A stretch of 64,000 nt of DNA from an uncultured Clostridia bacterium (GCA_947625725.1 CANQPI010000001.1:106324-170323), one strand, 5' to 3'; positions 52,259 through 63,363 are shown, counted from the stretch's first letter. A program made the numbers and translations. Notes: generated by a model from the sequence alone, not told the origin.

Positions 52259-53850
52259 AAAAATTTGTTTCCTCTATAGCGATATTGTTGCTTGTCTGTC
52301 TTGTTTTGACGGCGTTTGCCGCTTGCAAAACGGAAGAAATCGACACCCTTGTCATCTACAATTGGGCGGACTACATTTTTGACGTAGAAGCAATGAAAAC
52401 GGAATTCGAAACTTACTACGAGCAGATGACGCGCAAAAAAATAGAGATAACCTACGTAACTTTCGATACCAACGAAACAATGCTTACGCGCCTCACCAAG
52501 GGGGACAGCAACGTGGACGTGGTTTGCCCAAGCGAGTACGCCATTCAAAAGTTGATCGAGTTGGATATGCTTGTTCCGTTGCATTACTTTGACGAGGAGA
52601 GTTACTTAAACGCCTTTTCGTCAAGCGTTGACAGCGGCAGTTATGTACACAACGCCGACAACGTGGAACAGGGTATCCGCGACAAGGTGGGCGAAACTTT
52701 CGGAAATATCGAAATCACCGCCGACGGCGCAAACAAGGGCAAGCAGGTCAGCATGCTCGACTACTTTGTGCCCTATATGTACGGCACGTTGGGCATTTTG
52801 TACAACAAATTCGAGTTCGAACGGCTCGGCATCTACGACGGCGAAACCCTCAACAAAGCCAATTGGGGCATATTGTTCAACGACAACGGCGAGGGCGGCA
52901 TACTCAGTGAAGATTTGACGGGCAACATTCTGATGAAGGACAGTATTCGCGACAGTTACGCCGCAACGGTGTTTTACCTGTTGGAAAGCGGCAAGTTGGA
53001 GGGTATGACCAACAGCGAGGGCAAGCCCTACGACGAGATGCCCGCAAGCGAACTTATCAACGCCGTGGAGGACAACCTTTTGGAAGTCGTCAAGCAGACG
53101 CTCACCGAGCAAAAAAGTCAACTGTTCGGTTACGAAGTGGACTTCGGCAAGGACGACTTGCTCATGGGCAACGCCATAGTGGATCTTGCTTGGAGCGGCG
53201 ACGCAATGTACGCCATAGAGGAGAGTTGGGACGACGAACGCGAGGACTATGAATTGGCGTACTACCTGCCTCACAGCAACGGCAACATTTGGTTTGACGG
53301 TTGGGTAGTGCCCAAAACTTACGACCCCGACCATCTGGACGCCATAAAGTTGTTCATCAACTATCTCAACCGTCCCGACGTGGCGGCGAAAAACTTGTTG
53401 GAAATCGGTTACTCCGCGGCGATCAAACCGCAGGTACTGCTCAACGACGAAAACGCAATGAGGATACTTGCCGAGGGCTACGAGTACGACCCCGACGATC
53501 CCGACGAAATGGCGGAGTTTACCGACTACTTTTTCCACTACGAGGACGAAATAGACCTCAGCAATTGGCGTTATCCCTTTGAGAGCGCGGAACTCAATTC
53601 CGACAACTACCGCAATATCGACAGTTTGGGCGTAATGCGCGATTTCGGCGACAAAAACAAAGCGGTTGTTACCGCTTGGAATTACAGTCGTTCGGCGGGA
53701 GTAAACGCCTTGCCGTTGCTCGGTTGGACTGCGCTTGCGGTGGCGGCGATCGTTGGCGCTGCTTACCTTATCATAGCCGTCAAACGCTTTTACAGACAAC
53801 GCGTTGTCGTGCGCGACAACTCCGAGGACGGAGATACCGACAAAACGTAA
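52255..53850 (+). CDS. potD: Polyamine-binding lipoprotein with C-terminal TM helix
   Basis: Lipobox FAAC, YNWADY, FDTNE, PSEY, WSGD, NIWFDGW. Confidence 0.9.
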   Translation: MKKFVSSIAILLLVCLVLTAFAACKTEEIDTLVIYNWADYIFDVEAMKTEFETYYEQMTRKKIEITYVTFDTNETMLTRLTKGDSNVDVVCPSEYAIQKLIELDMLVPLHYFDEESYLNAFSSSVDSGSYVHNADNVEQGIRDKVGETFGNIEITADGANKGKQVSMLDYFVPYMYGTLGILYNKFEFERLGIYDGETLNKANWGILFNDNGEGGILSEDLTGNILMKDSIRDSYAATVFYLLESGKLEGMTNSEGKPYDEMPASELINAVEDNLLEVVKQTLTEQKSQLFGYEVDFGKDDLLMGNAIVDLAWSGDAMYAIEESWDDEREDYELAYYLPHSNGNIWFDGWVVPKTYDPDHLDAIKLFINYLNRPDVAAKNLLEIGYSAAIKPQVLLNDENAMRILAEGYEYDPDDPDEMAEFTDYFFHYEDEIDLSNWRYPFESAELNSDNYRNIDSLGVMRDFGDKNKAVVTAWNYSRSAGVNALPLLGWTALAVAAIVGAAYLIIAVKRFYRQRVVVRDNSEDGDTDKT

Positions 53851-54115
53851 TTTTCAAGCGACGTTCCGCGAGGGACGACGTTACGGTTTGACGACGACGC
53901 GCTTTACCGTTTGATTTCGGGACAAAGGAACTTTTTGTCCCGGTTTTTATTGCGAAGTTTCGCTTGTCGGCGTTGCAAAGGCTGTCGCAAGGCGTAAATT
54001 TGTATCAATAAAGTTGTAAAAAACGTCAATGTGTGTTAAAATTATTTAGTACGGATATGTACCTCAAAGGTATATGTCAAACCGATAAACAGTCTGATTC
54101 TTTTGAGAGGAAACA

Positions 54116-55618
54116 ATGAAAATTTTACCCAATCCTCAAAAGTCCGAAAATATATCCGGCAGTTTTGTGCTTAACGACAATTCCATGATGTTTTGCGACG
54201 CCGAGTTTATGTCGCAGGCGGAAAGGCTTGCCGATCTTGTGTACGAAAGTTGCGGTTTCTTTTTGCAATTTACCGACGTGATCAGCGACGCGCAAATAAT
54301 CTTTGCCAAAGACGCGCAGTTCGCCCGAGAGGGTTATGTAATAATGATCAATCAAGGCGTGGCTACCGTTACCGCATCCGAAGCGAGCGGCTGTTTTTAC
54401 GCCGTGGAAACATTGCGCCAGATCTTTTGTCTGGACGAAAAGCAACACCAAATCGCTTGCGCCGATTGCTATGTGGAGGATTTTCCCCGTTTCGAATATC
54501 GCGGCTTGATGGTAGATATTGCCAGACACTTTTTCGGCATAGACGCGCTCAAACAAATTGTGGATATTATGTCCCAAGTCAAACTCAACGTGTTGCACCT
54601 GCATTTGACGGACGATCAGGGCTTTCGTATTCAGATAGACAAATATCCCCTGCTCAACGAAATATCCAGCGTGCGCGACGGCTCGGAAGTAGTGCGCGAC
54701 GGCGAAACTATTATCGACGATATTCCGCACTCGGGCTATTTGACCAAGCAACAAGTAAAGGAATTGGTGGACTATGCGGCGGAACGTAACGTGCAGATCG
54801 TTCCTGAGATAGATCTACCTGGACACTTTGCCGCCGCGCTTGCCGCCTATCCCGAGTTCAGTTGCACGGGAGCCGTTTCGGAAGTGCGCAAGCGTTGGGC
54901 TGCGTCCAAGGAATTGCTCTGCGCGGGAAACGATGCGGCAAATACCTTTGTCAAGGACATTTTGGACGAAATTTGCGAAATGTTCCCCTGCAAGTACGTG
55001 CATTTGGGCAACGAAAACACTCCCAAGGACAGGTGGTGCAATTGCAAACTGTGCCGCGAGCGCATGTCGGAACTCAAAATCGACAACTTTGACGAGTTGC
55101 AAACTTACCTTATCGAAACTTTCCGCGTGCATTTGTTGCAACGCGGCAAAACGGTTATATGCCGCAACGACGGACTTACGGCGACTTCCGACAAGCATAT
55201 CGTCAGTCAGGTATGGACGCCCGTCAAACGCCGTAGCGCGCGCAAAACGCAAAGCGAACGACAAATTATCGTATCCTTGCGCGGCAGATTGCATTTCAGC
55301 CGTTCATACAAGCGTTTGCCGCTCAAACGCGTGTTGCGCACAAATCCGTTCAAGGGCGTGCGCAAATCGGACAGAGCAAACGTTTTGGGCGTTGAGGGCG
55401 CGATATGGACTCAACACATAACGACCGAACAGGAACTGTTTTATCAACTTTTGCCGCGTTTGGACGCGTTGGCAGAGTGCGCATGGGGCTGGCGCGGCAA
55501 AGATTTTGTTCAAAGATTGCAAAACCGCCTTGCCCGCTACGAAAAACTCGGTATTCCTTTCAACGGCAAATACAGCCGTCGCGCCGCTCATACCGACAGC
55601 GACGAACACAACAAATGA
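54116..55618 (+). CDS. GH20 hexosaminidase homologue with degenerate active site
   Basis: PRFEYRGLMVDIARHF, HLHLTDDQG, EIDLPGH retained; HxGGDE replaced by HLGNEN. Confidence 0.85.
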   Translation: MKILPNPQKSENISGSFVLNDNSMMFCDAEFMSQAERLADLVYESCGFFLQFTDVISDAQIIFAKDAQFAREGYVIMINQGVATVTASEASGCFYAVETLRQIFCLDEKQHQIACADCYVEDFPRFEYRGLMVDIARHFFGIDALKQIVDIMSQVKLNVLHLHLTDDQGFRIQIDKYPLLNEISSVRDGSEVVRDGETIIDDIPHSGYLTKQQVKELVDYAAERNVQIVPEIDLPGHFAAALAAYPEFSCTGAVSEVRKRWAASKELLCAGNDAANTFVKDILDEICEMFPCKYVHLGNENTPKDRWCNCKLCRERMSELKIDNFDELQTYLIETFRVHLLQRGKTVICRNDGLTATSDKHIVSQVWTPVKRRSARKTQSERQIIVSLRGRLHFSRSYKRLPLKRVLRTNPFKGVRKSDRANVLGVEGAIWTQHITTEQELFYQLLPRLDALAECAWGWRGKDFVQRLQNRLARYEKLGIPFNGKYSRRAAHTDSDEHNK

Positions 55619-55635
55619 AAAGGAGCAATTACACT

Positions 55636-56631
55636 ATGAAAAAAATCGGCGTTTTGACAAGCGGAGGAGATTCGCAGGGAATGAATGCGGCGGTGTACGC
55701 CACGGTACGCGCGGCGCTTTCCGCAAACGCGGAGATATTCGCTATCCGTCATGGTTATCAAGGACTTATCGACGGCGAAGTGGAGCGTATGAGCGCCAAA
55801 AGCGTCGAGGACATTGCCCATCGCGGCGGTACCGTTTTGGGTACGTCGCGTTGCCCCGAGATGAAAACTCTCCAAGGACAGCAAAAGGCAGTTGACGTTT
55901 TGAACAAATACGGTATAGAGGGGCTTGTCGTTATCGGTGGCGACGGCAGTTTTGCGGGAGCAAAAACGCTCAGCACGCGGTACGGAGTCAAAGTGATAGG
56001 TATCCCCGGCACTATCGACAACGACCTTGCCTACACCGACTACACGTTGGGTTTTGACAGTGCGGTCGCGGTCGTCGCCGACAACGTAAATTTGTTGCGC
56101 GACACAATGAGTTGTAACAACCGTACCTGCGTGGTGGAGGTAATGGGACGCGAGTGCGGCGATATCGCAATGTTTGCCGCGCTTGCATGCGGCGCGGAAG
56201 CGGTTCTCGTCCCCGAGTTGCCCTACGATCCCGACGCAGTTGCGGCAACCATCAAACACAACGCAAACCTGGGAAAGTTTGACAATATCGTTATTGTCGC
56301 CGAGGGTATCCGTTTCGGCGGCGAACTTGTCAAGGGACATGTTGCCGACAACGTAATGGCGGATCTGTCGGCGCGTTTGCCCGAGTTGAACGTTCGCACA
56401 ATGGTGTTGGGGCATCTTCAACGTAGCGGAAACGCCACCGTTCGCGACAGACTGTTGGGTATCGAGATGGGTGCGCATGCGGTCAAGTGCCTTGCGGAGG
56501 GCAAGACGGATCGCGTTATCGGAGTGAAAAACGATGTTGTTTTCGACGAGGATATGGTAGAGGCGCTTGCCAAGACAAAGGTTTTCAATCGGGCAATTTA
56601 CGATTTGGCAAACAATTTGGTCAAGTATTGA
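55636..56631 (+). CDS. pfkA: 6-phosphofructokinase
   Basis: TSGGD, GGDGS, PGTIDND, EVMGR, LGHLQR. Confidence 0.97.
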   Translation: MKKIGVLTSGGDSQGMNAAVYATVRAALSANAEIFAIRHGYQGLIDGEVERMSAKSVEDIAHRGGTVLGTSRCPEMKTLQGQQKAVDVLNKYGIEGLVVIGGDGSFAGAKTLSTRYGVKVIGIPGTIDNDLAYTDYTLGFDSAVAVVADNVNLLRDTMSCNNRTCVVEVMGRECGDIAMFAALACGAEAVLVPELPYDPDAVAATIKHNANLGKFDNIVIVAEGIRFGGELVKGHVADNVMADLSARLPELNVRTMVLGHLQRSGNATVRDRLLGIEMGAHAVKCLAEGKTDRVIGVKNDVVFDEDMVEALAKTKVFNRAIYDLANNLVKY

Positions 56632-56645
56632 TTGGGATAAAAAAC

Positions 56646-56689
56646 AAATTCGCACCCAAAATGTCGATATGGGGTGCGAATTTTTTTTG
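56646..56689 (+). terminator. Intrinsic terminator after pfkA
   Basis: AATTCGCACCC/GGGTGCGAATT plus T run. Confidence 0.8.
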
Positions 56690-56940
56690 TATAATCGTGT
56701 TTTGAGGCTCAATTTTTCGACTAGTAATTTGTAACAAAAACGTCGTTGTCGTTTACTTGCTCAAACACTATAACATCGTTGAAGCAACTTTTGCTATTGT
56801 TCAGATACTGTTGTTTTATTGTCATCATTTGCGTAACGGCAAAATTTGTTTTTTTTGCCGCGTTCGGTATTTTCCGACAATGTTGCCTCAAACGCTTGCA
56901 TTGTCGGCGCGTCGGTGCTACAATAAACTTACAACAACAA

Positions 56941-57058
56941 ATTCTTTGGGGCGTGGTGCAATTCCACACCGATAGTTACAGCCTATGAACACCTGTTTTG
57001 CAGGTGCCGATCGGGTGAAATTCCCGAGCCGACGGTACAGTCCGGATGAGAAAAGAAT
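56941..57058 (+). ncRNA. FMN riboswitch
   Basis: GGGGCGTGGTGCAATTCCACACCG...GGGTGAAATTCCCGAGCCGACGGTACAGTCCGGATGAGA; followed by terminator 57080-57112 and ribU. Confidence 0.93.
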
Positions 57059-57176
57059 CAAATACTTATTTCAGGTATTTACGCCCTTGCAAGTTTGCGG
57101 GCGTATTTTTTTGCCGCAAATGCAAGGGACTTCGTTCCTTAGTACGTCGCTAAAATTCAAAAAGGAGGTATCTGTT

Positions 57177-57995
57177 GTGACAAGTTTGTTGTGTATAAAC
57201 GAAGTTGCCGTTATGGCAGGGACGGTATTGGGCATAATTATATGCTTGCAATGGGGCGTGATAGCCTACTTGCTCATTGCCCGCAAAAGAGGCGTGCGCG
57301 TTGCGGTCAAAAAGCGCACCGCCAAAGAAAAAACGACCTATTCCGCAATATTTTTGGCGCATGTAGCGTTGTTTTCGGCGTTGGGCGTGGCTTTGCTGTA
57401 TCTTGAATTTCCGCTGTTTCCCGCTACCCCGTGGTTGGAAATGAATTTTTCCGACGTCCCCACGTTGCTTGCGGCTTTCATGTACGGACCGATAACGGGC
57501 GCGGCGGTAAATGTGATAAAAATCGTCGTAAAGTTGCTTATCAGCGGCACGTCCACCAACTTGGTCGGACCGCTTTCCAACCTTATCAGCGGCACTGTCT
57601 ATGCCGTTGTTGCGGGACTCATCTACAAACTGCGCCGCAACAAAAAAGGCGCGATTTTGAGTTTGGGCGCGAGCAGCGTGGTATTTTGCGCCGCAATGTG
57701 GTTGTGCAATCAATTTATTTTGCTACCTTTCTACGGAATGACCGCGTCCGAGGTCATGATGCCCGCGCTGTGGTGGACGTTGTTGTTTAACGTTATCAAA
57801 ACATTGGCTACGTGCGTCATTACGTTTGTAATTTACAAACCGCTTTCTCGCGCGTTGCATTGGACTATCGATCCCGAACGCCGCAAAAACAAACAACAAC
57901 CTGCCGCCGAGGAGCCGAAGTCCGAACTCGCCGAGAAACAGGAACGTTTGCCCTCTGCGGATCCTCAATCGGATACGGCGCAGAACTCTAAATAA
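57177..57995 (+). CDS. ribU: ECF transporter S component, riboflavin
   Basis: LEFPLFP, FSDVP, GP motif, FNVIK; AAGGAGG RBS; FMN riboswitch upstream. Confidence 0.88.
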   Translation: MTSLLCINEVAVMAGTVLGIIICLQWGVIAYLLIARKRGVRVAVKKRTAKEKTTYSAIFLAHVALFSALGVALLYLEFPLFPATPWLEMNFSDVPTLLAAFMYGPITGAAVNVIKIVVKLLISGTSTNLVGPLSNLISGTVYAVVAGLIYKLRRNKKGAILSLGASSVVFCAAMWLCNQFILLPFYGMTASEVMMPALWWTLLFNVIKTLATCVITFVIYKPLSRALHWTIDPERRKNKQQPAAEEPKSELAEKQERLPSADPQSDTAQNSK

Positions 57996-58489
57996 CCCGC
58001 GCTTTCGACAGCGCGAGTTGCAATTCCAACGTCCTGCGGAACTTTCAAAGTTTGCCGAACGACCCGCCGAGCCTCAACCGTAGGTGCAATTTGGCGCGAC
58101 AAAATCGTGATTTGCGCAATCCGCACAACCTGCGCGACAATGACTAAACTGCAAATAAACAAGTTTATTTTTGTCCAAAAATTTCTCAATTTGCCTCTCC
58201 CAACGCAAGGAGAGGCATTTCCTATATTGAAAGCCCCGAATTTTTTATCAAATATCAATGGATTTCTTATCAAGGGTTGATAGTAAAAACAATTTATGGT
58301 ATAATAAATGTAAACTCACTACAAACAAGGGTTATGTTGGTAAAAAACTTTATCTGTTTCTAAAATCATCTTTTAACAAATTTGATATAAAATTTGTAAT
58401 AAGGTCGGGAACGCGTAGCGGTATATATACCGCAACACACATTTTTGTAAACGAAGAAAAAAGCAAACAAAAGTTTTGAGGAGGGAAAT

Positions 58490-59494
58490 ATGAAAAAACT
58501 GTTTGTAATATTGCTTATAACAATTGTTTCTGTTGCGATGGTTTTTTCGCTGTGCGGTTGCAGAGCATTACAGCAGTCGATCAGAGAGCAAGTGGAAAAC
58601 ATAGACGGTTATTATGTCTGGGAACATGACAAAGATAATTATTGTTTTTTGGGGGCGGAACAAGACAAGATAATTGACGGATGCTTGACTATTCCGGACA
58701 AAATCGGCAATCTGTCGGTTCGACACGTGGGGGCAGAACGACCGGTATTTGGTGATGATCGCCTTAATATGTTGGAGAATGACGAAATCAAAAAAATAGT
58801 CATTAATCACCATGTAGGTATTTATTCGAATGCATTTTTTGATTTGAATCAATTAGTAGAAGTAGAAATTACCGATGCATATTTATGGGAATGGTCATTA
58901 AATAGCAACTCGTTGTTAAGCATTTCGTTGACTGATTGTTTTTACTATGGCGAAATCACGGAATCCACTCAGTTGCGTTGCATTAAAGCAAAAGATAATA
59001 GATCATCTGTGGAAATTTCACATCCCGAAAACATAGTGGCTTTTTACATAACAGATACTTCTAGATTGCCGGAAAGGTTTTTTGACGATTACAATTCTTT
59101 ATCATCTTTGATAATTACGGAAGCAATTTCAGAGATAAATGATGATGCATTCAAAAATAGCAACATTGATGTCTTTGTTCGCCTTGACGAAGAAACATTC
59201 AAGCAAAAACTAAACAACGGTTGGGACAAAGGAGTCAATGTAGAGTGGGGTTTCAAGGACGAAATTATTGTATTTGATTCAATGTTCGGTTCGGAAATAA
59301 AAAACGAAAGTACACAAAAAAATTATCTGAAAGTTAAATTGGGCGAAAAAATAACTCCCCCGACTCCTCCGACAAGAGATGGTTACGTTTTTCTCGGTTG
59401 GTACAAAGATTACAGACTAAGCGAACAGTGGAATTTTGAAACGGACGTTGTGGAAGATAGTACGGTTTTAGTTGCCGGTTGGCAAAAAATATAA
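58490..59494 (+). CDS. Lipoprotein with BspA-like LRR region and C-terminal InlB B-repeat
   Basis: Lipobox LCGC; PTRDGYVFLGWY. Confidence 0.75.
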   Translation: MKKLFVILLITIVSVAMVFSLCGCRALQQSIREQVENIDGYYVWEHDKDNYCFLGAEQDKIIDGCLTIPDKIGNLSVRHVGAERPVFGDDRLNMLENDEIKKIVINHHVGIYSNAFFDLNQLVEVEITDAYLWEWSLNSNSLLSISLTDCFYYGEITESTQLRCIKAKDNRSSVEISHPENIVAFYITDTSRLPERFFDDYNSLSSLIITEAISEINDDAFKNSNIDVFVRLDEETFKQKLNNGWDKGVNVEWGFKDEIIVFDSMFGSEIKNESTQKNYLKVKLGEKITPPTPPTRDGYVFLGWYKDYRLSEQWNFETDVVEDSTVLVAGWQKI

Positions 59495-59511
59495 ACGCAA
59501 AGGAGAGTGTA

Positions 59512-62500
59512 ATGGAAGAAGTCAGAAAAAAAATCGCGTTGAGCGCAATAATCTGCTTTATCCTTGTCGCGGCAATAGCGACGTCGCTTGTTCCGCAAAT
59601 GGCGAATGCTGCGCCGCAGAGTAGCCTTTCGTCAAACGGTGAAAGTTCTGGCGGATACAGTAGAAATGAGTTACATAATTTTACAAAACGTACAGTTTAT
59701 AGTAATCAATTACCTGCCGTTACGGTTCTTGTGCATGGACAAGGTGGTAATGGTAGTCATTGGAGTAATTTCGACGGCGACTTTGCTTATGATGAACTAT
59801 CGATCATAGAACAAATTCGTGCTGAAACAAATGCGGAAATATATCTTGCTAAAGTACAAAAGGTGAACGCAGAGTGCAAAACGTCCGATGCAAGTCACTT
59901 TCATCATACAGATAGTAACGGTATTGACTACTATCAGTGTAGCGTTGATTGCGAGAGAACTTTTAATTTAGAAAAAGTTGAAATGGATTCTGATACCGTA
60001 GATTATACGAGTTTGGATGTTAGTAATATTTTGGATTTTGATAATCATAATATTATTATTTTCGAAGGGTCGCAAGATAATTCATATTCGAATCCGAAAA
60101 TCAAAGTTTGCGGGGGAATTAATTCTAGTCACGATGTGGCTTATGGCGAATTGGAGTTGGTTATTGATAGTATTTTAGCCGACTACAAGTTATTGACGGG
60201 CAATATTCCTAAAATAAATCTTATTTCACATAGTCGCGGCGGCATACTTAGTATGATGTACGCAATTGATCATCCGTATAATGTGGCAAATTTTATAAGT
60301 ATGGGAACGCCTTACAATGGATCGTTATTCGGCAAAAGTAATTGGATAGTAGATGGGTTGGATCTGAGCGGTGCTGTCAATTGTCCTAGCGGACAAGATA
60401 TTCAGTCGGAGGAAAAGCAAAAAGATCTCCGAACAAAATGGAATGATATGCTTAAAAACAATCCCAACGCTAATATAAATGCTGTTGCGATAGGCTCCAA
60501 AACTCGACTGAGTTTTCTGGGCGGTTTAATAAGCGAGGGAGAAATTGATAAATATCTGAAAGAACTTCAATGTTGCAACAAAATATTTGGATTTTTAACC
60601 GAATATGCAGGCGCGGCTATCGCTCAGTTGCACATTAACTTTCCGATAATTACCGATATGGTTTTTGAATGTGCAAATATCGCTGTGGATGTTTGGCAAC
60701 TGTTTGCTGAGGAGGGCACGGCAGAGGAGATAGAGGCAATACAACAAATTATCAATAATTGCGAAATCGCCTACGGCGATTTGGTAATTAAAGACGATAT
60801 GTTTATTGATTATGACTCTCAGACAGCCAAAGGATATGATGGAATTAAAATAGTTACGCACGTATTCGATAAGGACAATGCTAATTACAATTTGACAGCA
60901 ACAAACAATGTCCCTGTTCCTCATAATTTGGAAACGCGCGATTTGAACATTTTGGCTGAGGCTACTCTACGTCTTAACTATAGAGTCGGTCACAATTTGC
61001 CAACAATCGATACTGTTTCTAACCGCATCAATATTGTGTTAAATCCCAATGATTTTGCCAAGATAGAGTTTGAAGCAAAGTACAGTGGAAATTACACCGT
61101 GACAGCGACTTCGGGTCTTACACAAAATGTAGTAAATTGCAAAGGAAATCTCGTGAGCAGCGCAACGAATCGCGGCGCAACTTTTTATGGAGAAAAAGGC
61201 GAAAAGTACAATATTTATATTGGGTCGGGTAGCGTCAACAGTACGACAGCGGACATTTCCGTTACGCTAAACGATTTGTCCGAAGAAAATGGCAACACGG
61301 TTATGTCGGGACAAAGCGTTACGTATGTAAAGTCTTATCCTGTCAATTCGATCAAATCAATACAGTTTAATCCTACTCTTAACATAAATGTCTACAAAGA
61401 TGACGATCTTGTCGCCATGTCCAACGCAGGGAAAGTTGATGTTCTGTTTGTTGCAAATGCCTGCTATTATTTCGAAGTGACTAATAACACGCCTTCAAAT
61501 GTAAATTTGTCCGTGAGTATTGCTAATATTCAGGGATTAACGCTTGGATCTGCTAAAACGATAGACATTTACGAGTCATACAAATATAATTCTTTTACAA
61601 GTAGCGCAAGCGGAGATTATACTTTCTCATTCACGCGGCAAAGGACCACTGCATTGCCGTCGTTAGTGTTTTATGATTCAAATCTCCAACGTAAGACTGT
61701 TAATGCCACAGTTAATTATGGAAATATTCAAGTTTACAGAATGAATTTACGCGCAGGAGAAACGGTGTATTTTGGTTATGCCAACGAAGCCAAGACTATC
61801 GAGAGTGCAGAGGTTTTAGTAAAAAAATACACGTCGGATTATTCTTGGAAACTAGATGGTAAAACAATAGAAGATTCAATGCTGTATTTACAAAGAAACA
61901 ATAGTTATAGCGGAGTATTATCTTTCTACTACAACGACCAATTGTTAGATGGACAAATAACGGCGATGAGAGGATCGGATTATATAGACGTTTCGTTGTC
62001 TAATAGAGTAAGAGTATATTCTTCCGCTCCTCTGACTTATGGTGATGACAACAAACAGTATGTAGTGTGGTCGCCGGACGGTGAATTGTTCAGAGATAAC
62101 GACGCTTTGACAATAATTATTATTCCCAAACAAGGAATAACGCTTGGATCAAGCGACATTTACAATTATAAGATCGATATTACAAACGTTGATAGACAGG
62201 ACATCGGACAGTTAAAAGAAACAGTTACCGTTGAACTGAGGATCACAAACTCTCAAAACGACGTACAATTTCAGAATGTTACGATTTCAAATTACACATA
62301 CATTTATGATGTCATGTTGGAAGATCATCTGGGAAAATTCGGCTCTGGCAATATAAGAGTAGAAACGATCGGTGTAACATATTCTTATAACAATAAAAAT
62401 ATTAAATATAACAAGAGTGATGATCCTGAGTTATTTAACGACAATGCAATCACTTTGATGGGATATTTTACTAGTGGCGTTGGCTTTGATAATGACCCAT

Positions 62501-63336
62501 ATATCATTAGTAATGAAAGAGAGTTAAACAATATAAGGTATACGAAATATTATGATGATTATAGTCAGGGATGGCGTATTACGGCGTCCTTCAAATTGGG
62601 ACAAAATATCATTTTGCAAAAAATATGGACGCCGATTGAGTATAGATTAACGGGAGTGTTTGACGGGAATGGATTTACTATTGAAAATTTAAAAATAAAC
62701 GTAAGTGGTCCCGGATATTACGGTCTTTTCAGCGTAATGGATGGACATGTAAGAAATGTGAATTTTAAGGGGGTCGCAATTACTTGCAGTAGCACAAATA
62801 ATTCAAATTATACTATGGTTGGCACTATTGCCGGCTTGATGGATGGCGAAATTGTTGACTGCAATATCTCCGGTTCGATTGACGTTGATCTGTATAATTC
62901 CTATGTTGGCGGTGTTGTGGGATCGGCGCAAGGAGGGAGAATCTATAATACTTTTAATAATGCTAATGTATCCGGTCGGGGAATTATAGGCGGAATAGTA
63001 GGCTTCAATAGTTGGGATACTTACATTATAAAGTGCCGGAATAAAGGGGAAATTACTTACACTTTTGATACTGAAAGCGGTTGCGCCGCCGGTATAGTTG
63101 GTAAAAATAACCTTGGTGGGATAATTGACGGTTGTACAAACGAAGGAATTATCCAATACGGTGGTTCGTACAAATTAAATTCAAAAAACAGACCCTGCAT
63201 GGCTCAAATTGTAGGGTGGAACCAAGACGGAACTATAACGGGTTCACAATGTAAAGGAAAATGTTTATTCAAAGGGATGACGATTGGTCAACAAACCTAT
63301 TGCACAGATAAAGAAGTTGGCAGGACCGGTAATTGA
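59512..63336 (+). CDS. Large secreted alpha/beta-hydrolase (lipase-like) with C-terminal GLUG-like repeats
   Basis: Signal peptide ending ANA; VHGQGG, SHSRGG, MGTPYNGS; FDGNGFTI, GGIVG repeats. Confidence 0.78.
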   Translation: MEEVRKKIALSAIICFILVAAIATSLVPQMANAAPQSSLSSNGESSGGYSRNELHNFTKRTVYSNQLPAVTVLVHGQGGNGSHWSNFDGDFAYDELSIIEQIRAETNAEIYLAKVQKVNAECKTSDASHFHHTDSNGIDYYQCSVDCERTFNLEKVEMDSDTVDYTSLDVSNILDFDNHNIIIFEGSQDNSYSNPKIKVCGGINSSHDVAYGELELVIDSILADYKLLTGNIPKINLISHSRGGILSMMYAIDHPYNVANFISMGTPYNGSLFGKSNWIVDGLDLSGAVNCPSGQDIQSEEKQKDLRTKWNDMLKNNPNANINAVAIGSKTRLSFLGGLISEGEIDKYLKELQCCNKIFGFLTEYAGAAIAQLHINFPIITDMVFECANIAVDVWQLFAEEGTAEEIEAIQQIINNCEIAYGDLVIKDDMFIDYDSQTAKGYDGIKIVTHVFDKDNANYNLTATNNVPVPHNLETRDLNILAEATLRLNYRVGHNLPTIDTVSNRINIVLNPNDFAKIEFEAKYSGNYTVTATSGLTQNVVNCKGNLVSSATNRGATFYGEKGEKYNIYIGSGSVNSTTADISVTLNDLSEENGNTVMSGQSVTYVKSYPVNSIKSIQFNPTLNINVYKDDDLVAMSNAGKVDVLFVANACYYFEVTNNTPSNVNLSVSIANIQGLTLGSAKTIDIYESYKYNSFTSSASGDYTFSFTRQRTTALPSLVFYDSNLQRKTVNATVNYGNIQVYRMNLRAGETVYFGYANEAKTIESAEVLVKKYTSDYSWKLDGKTIEDSMLYLQRNNSYSGVLSFYYNDQLLDGQITAMRGSDYIDVSLSNRVRVYSSAPLTYGDDNKQYVVWSPDGELFRDNDALTIIIIPKQGITLGSSDIYNYKIDITNVDRQDIGQLKETVTVELRITNSQNDVQFQNVTISNYTYIYDVMLEDHLGKFGSGNIRVETIGVTYSYNNKNIKYNKSDDPELFNDNAITLMGYFTSGVGFDNDPYIISNERELNNIRYTKYYDDYSQGWRITASFKLGQNIILQKIWTPIEYRLTGVFDGNGFTIENLKINVSGPGYYGLFSVMDGHVRNVNFKGVAITCSSTNNSNYTMVGTIAGLMDGEIVDCNISGSIDVDLYNSYVGGVVGSAQGGRIYNTFNNANVSGRGIIGGIVGFNSWDTYIIKCRNKGEITYTFDTESGCAAGIVGKNNLGGIIDGCTNEGIIQYGGSYKLNSKNRPCMAQIVGWNQDGTITGSQCKGKCLFKGMTIGQQTYCTDKEVGRTGN

Positions 63337-63363
63337 TGATATAATTATTTGGGGAGAAGCATT

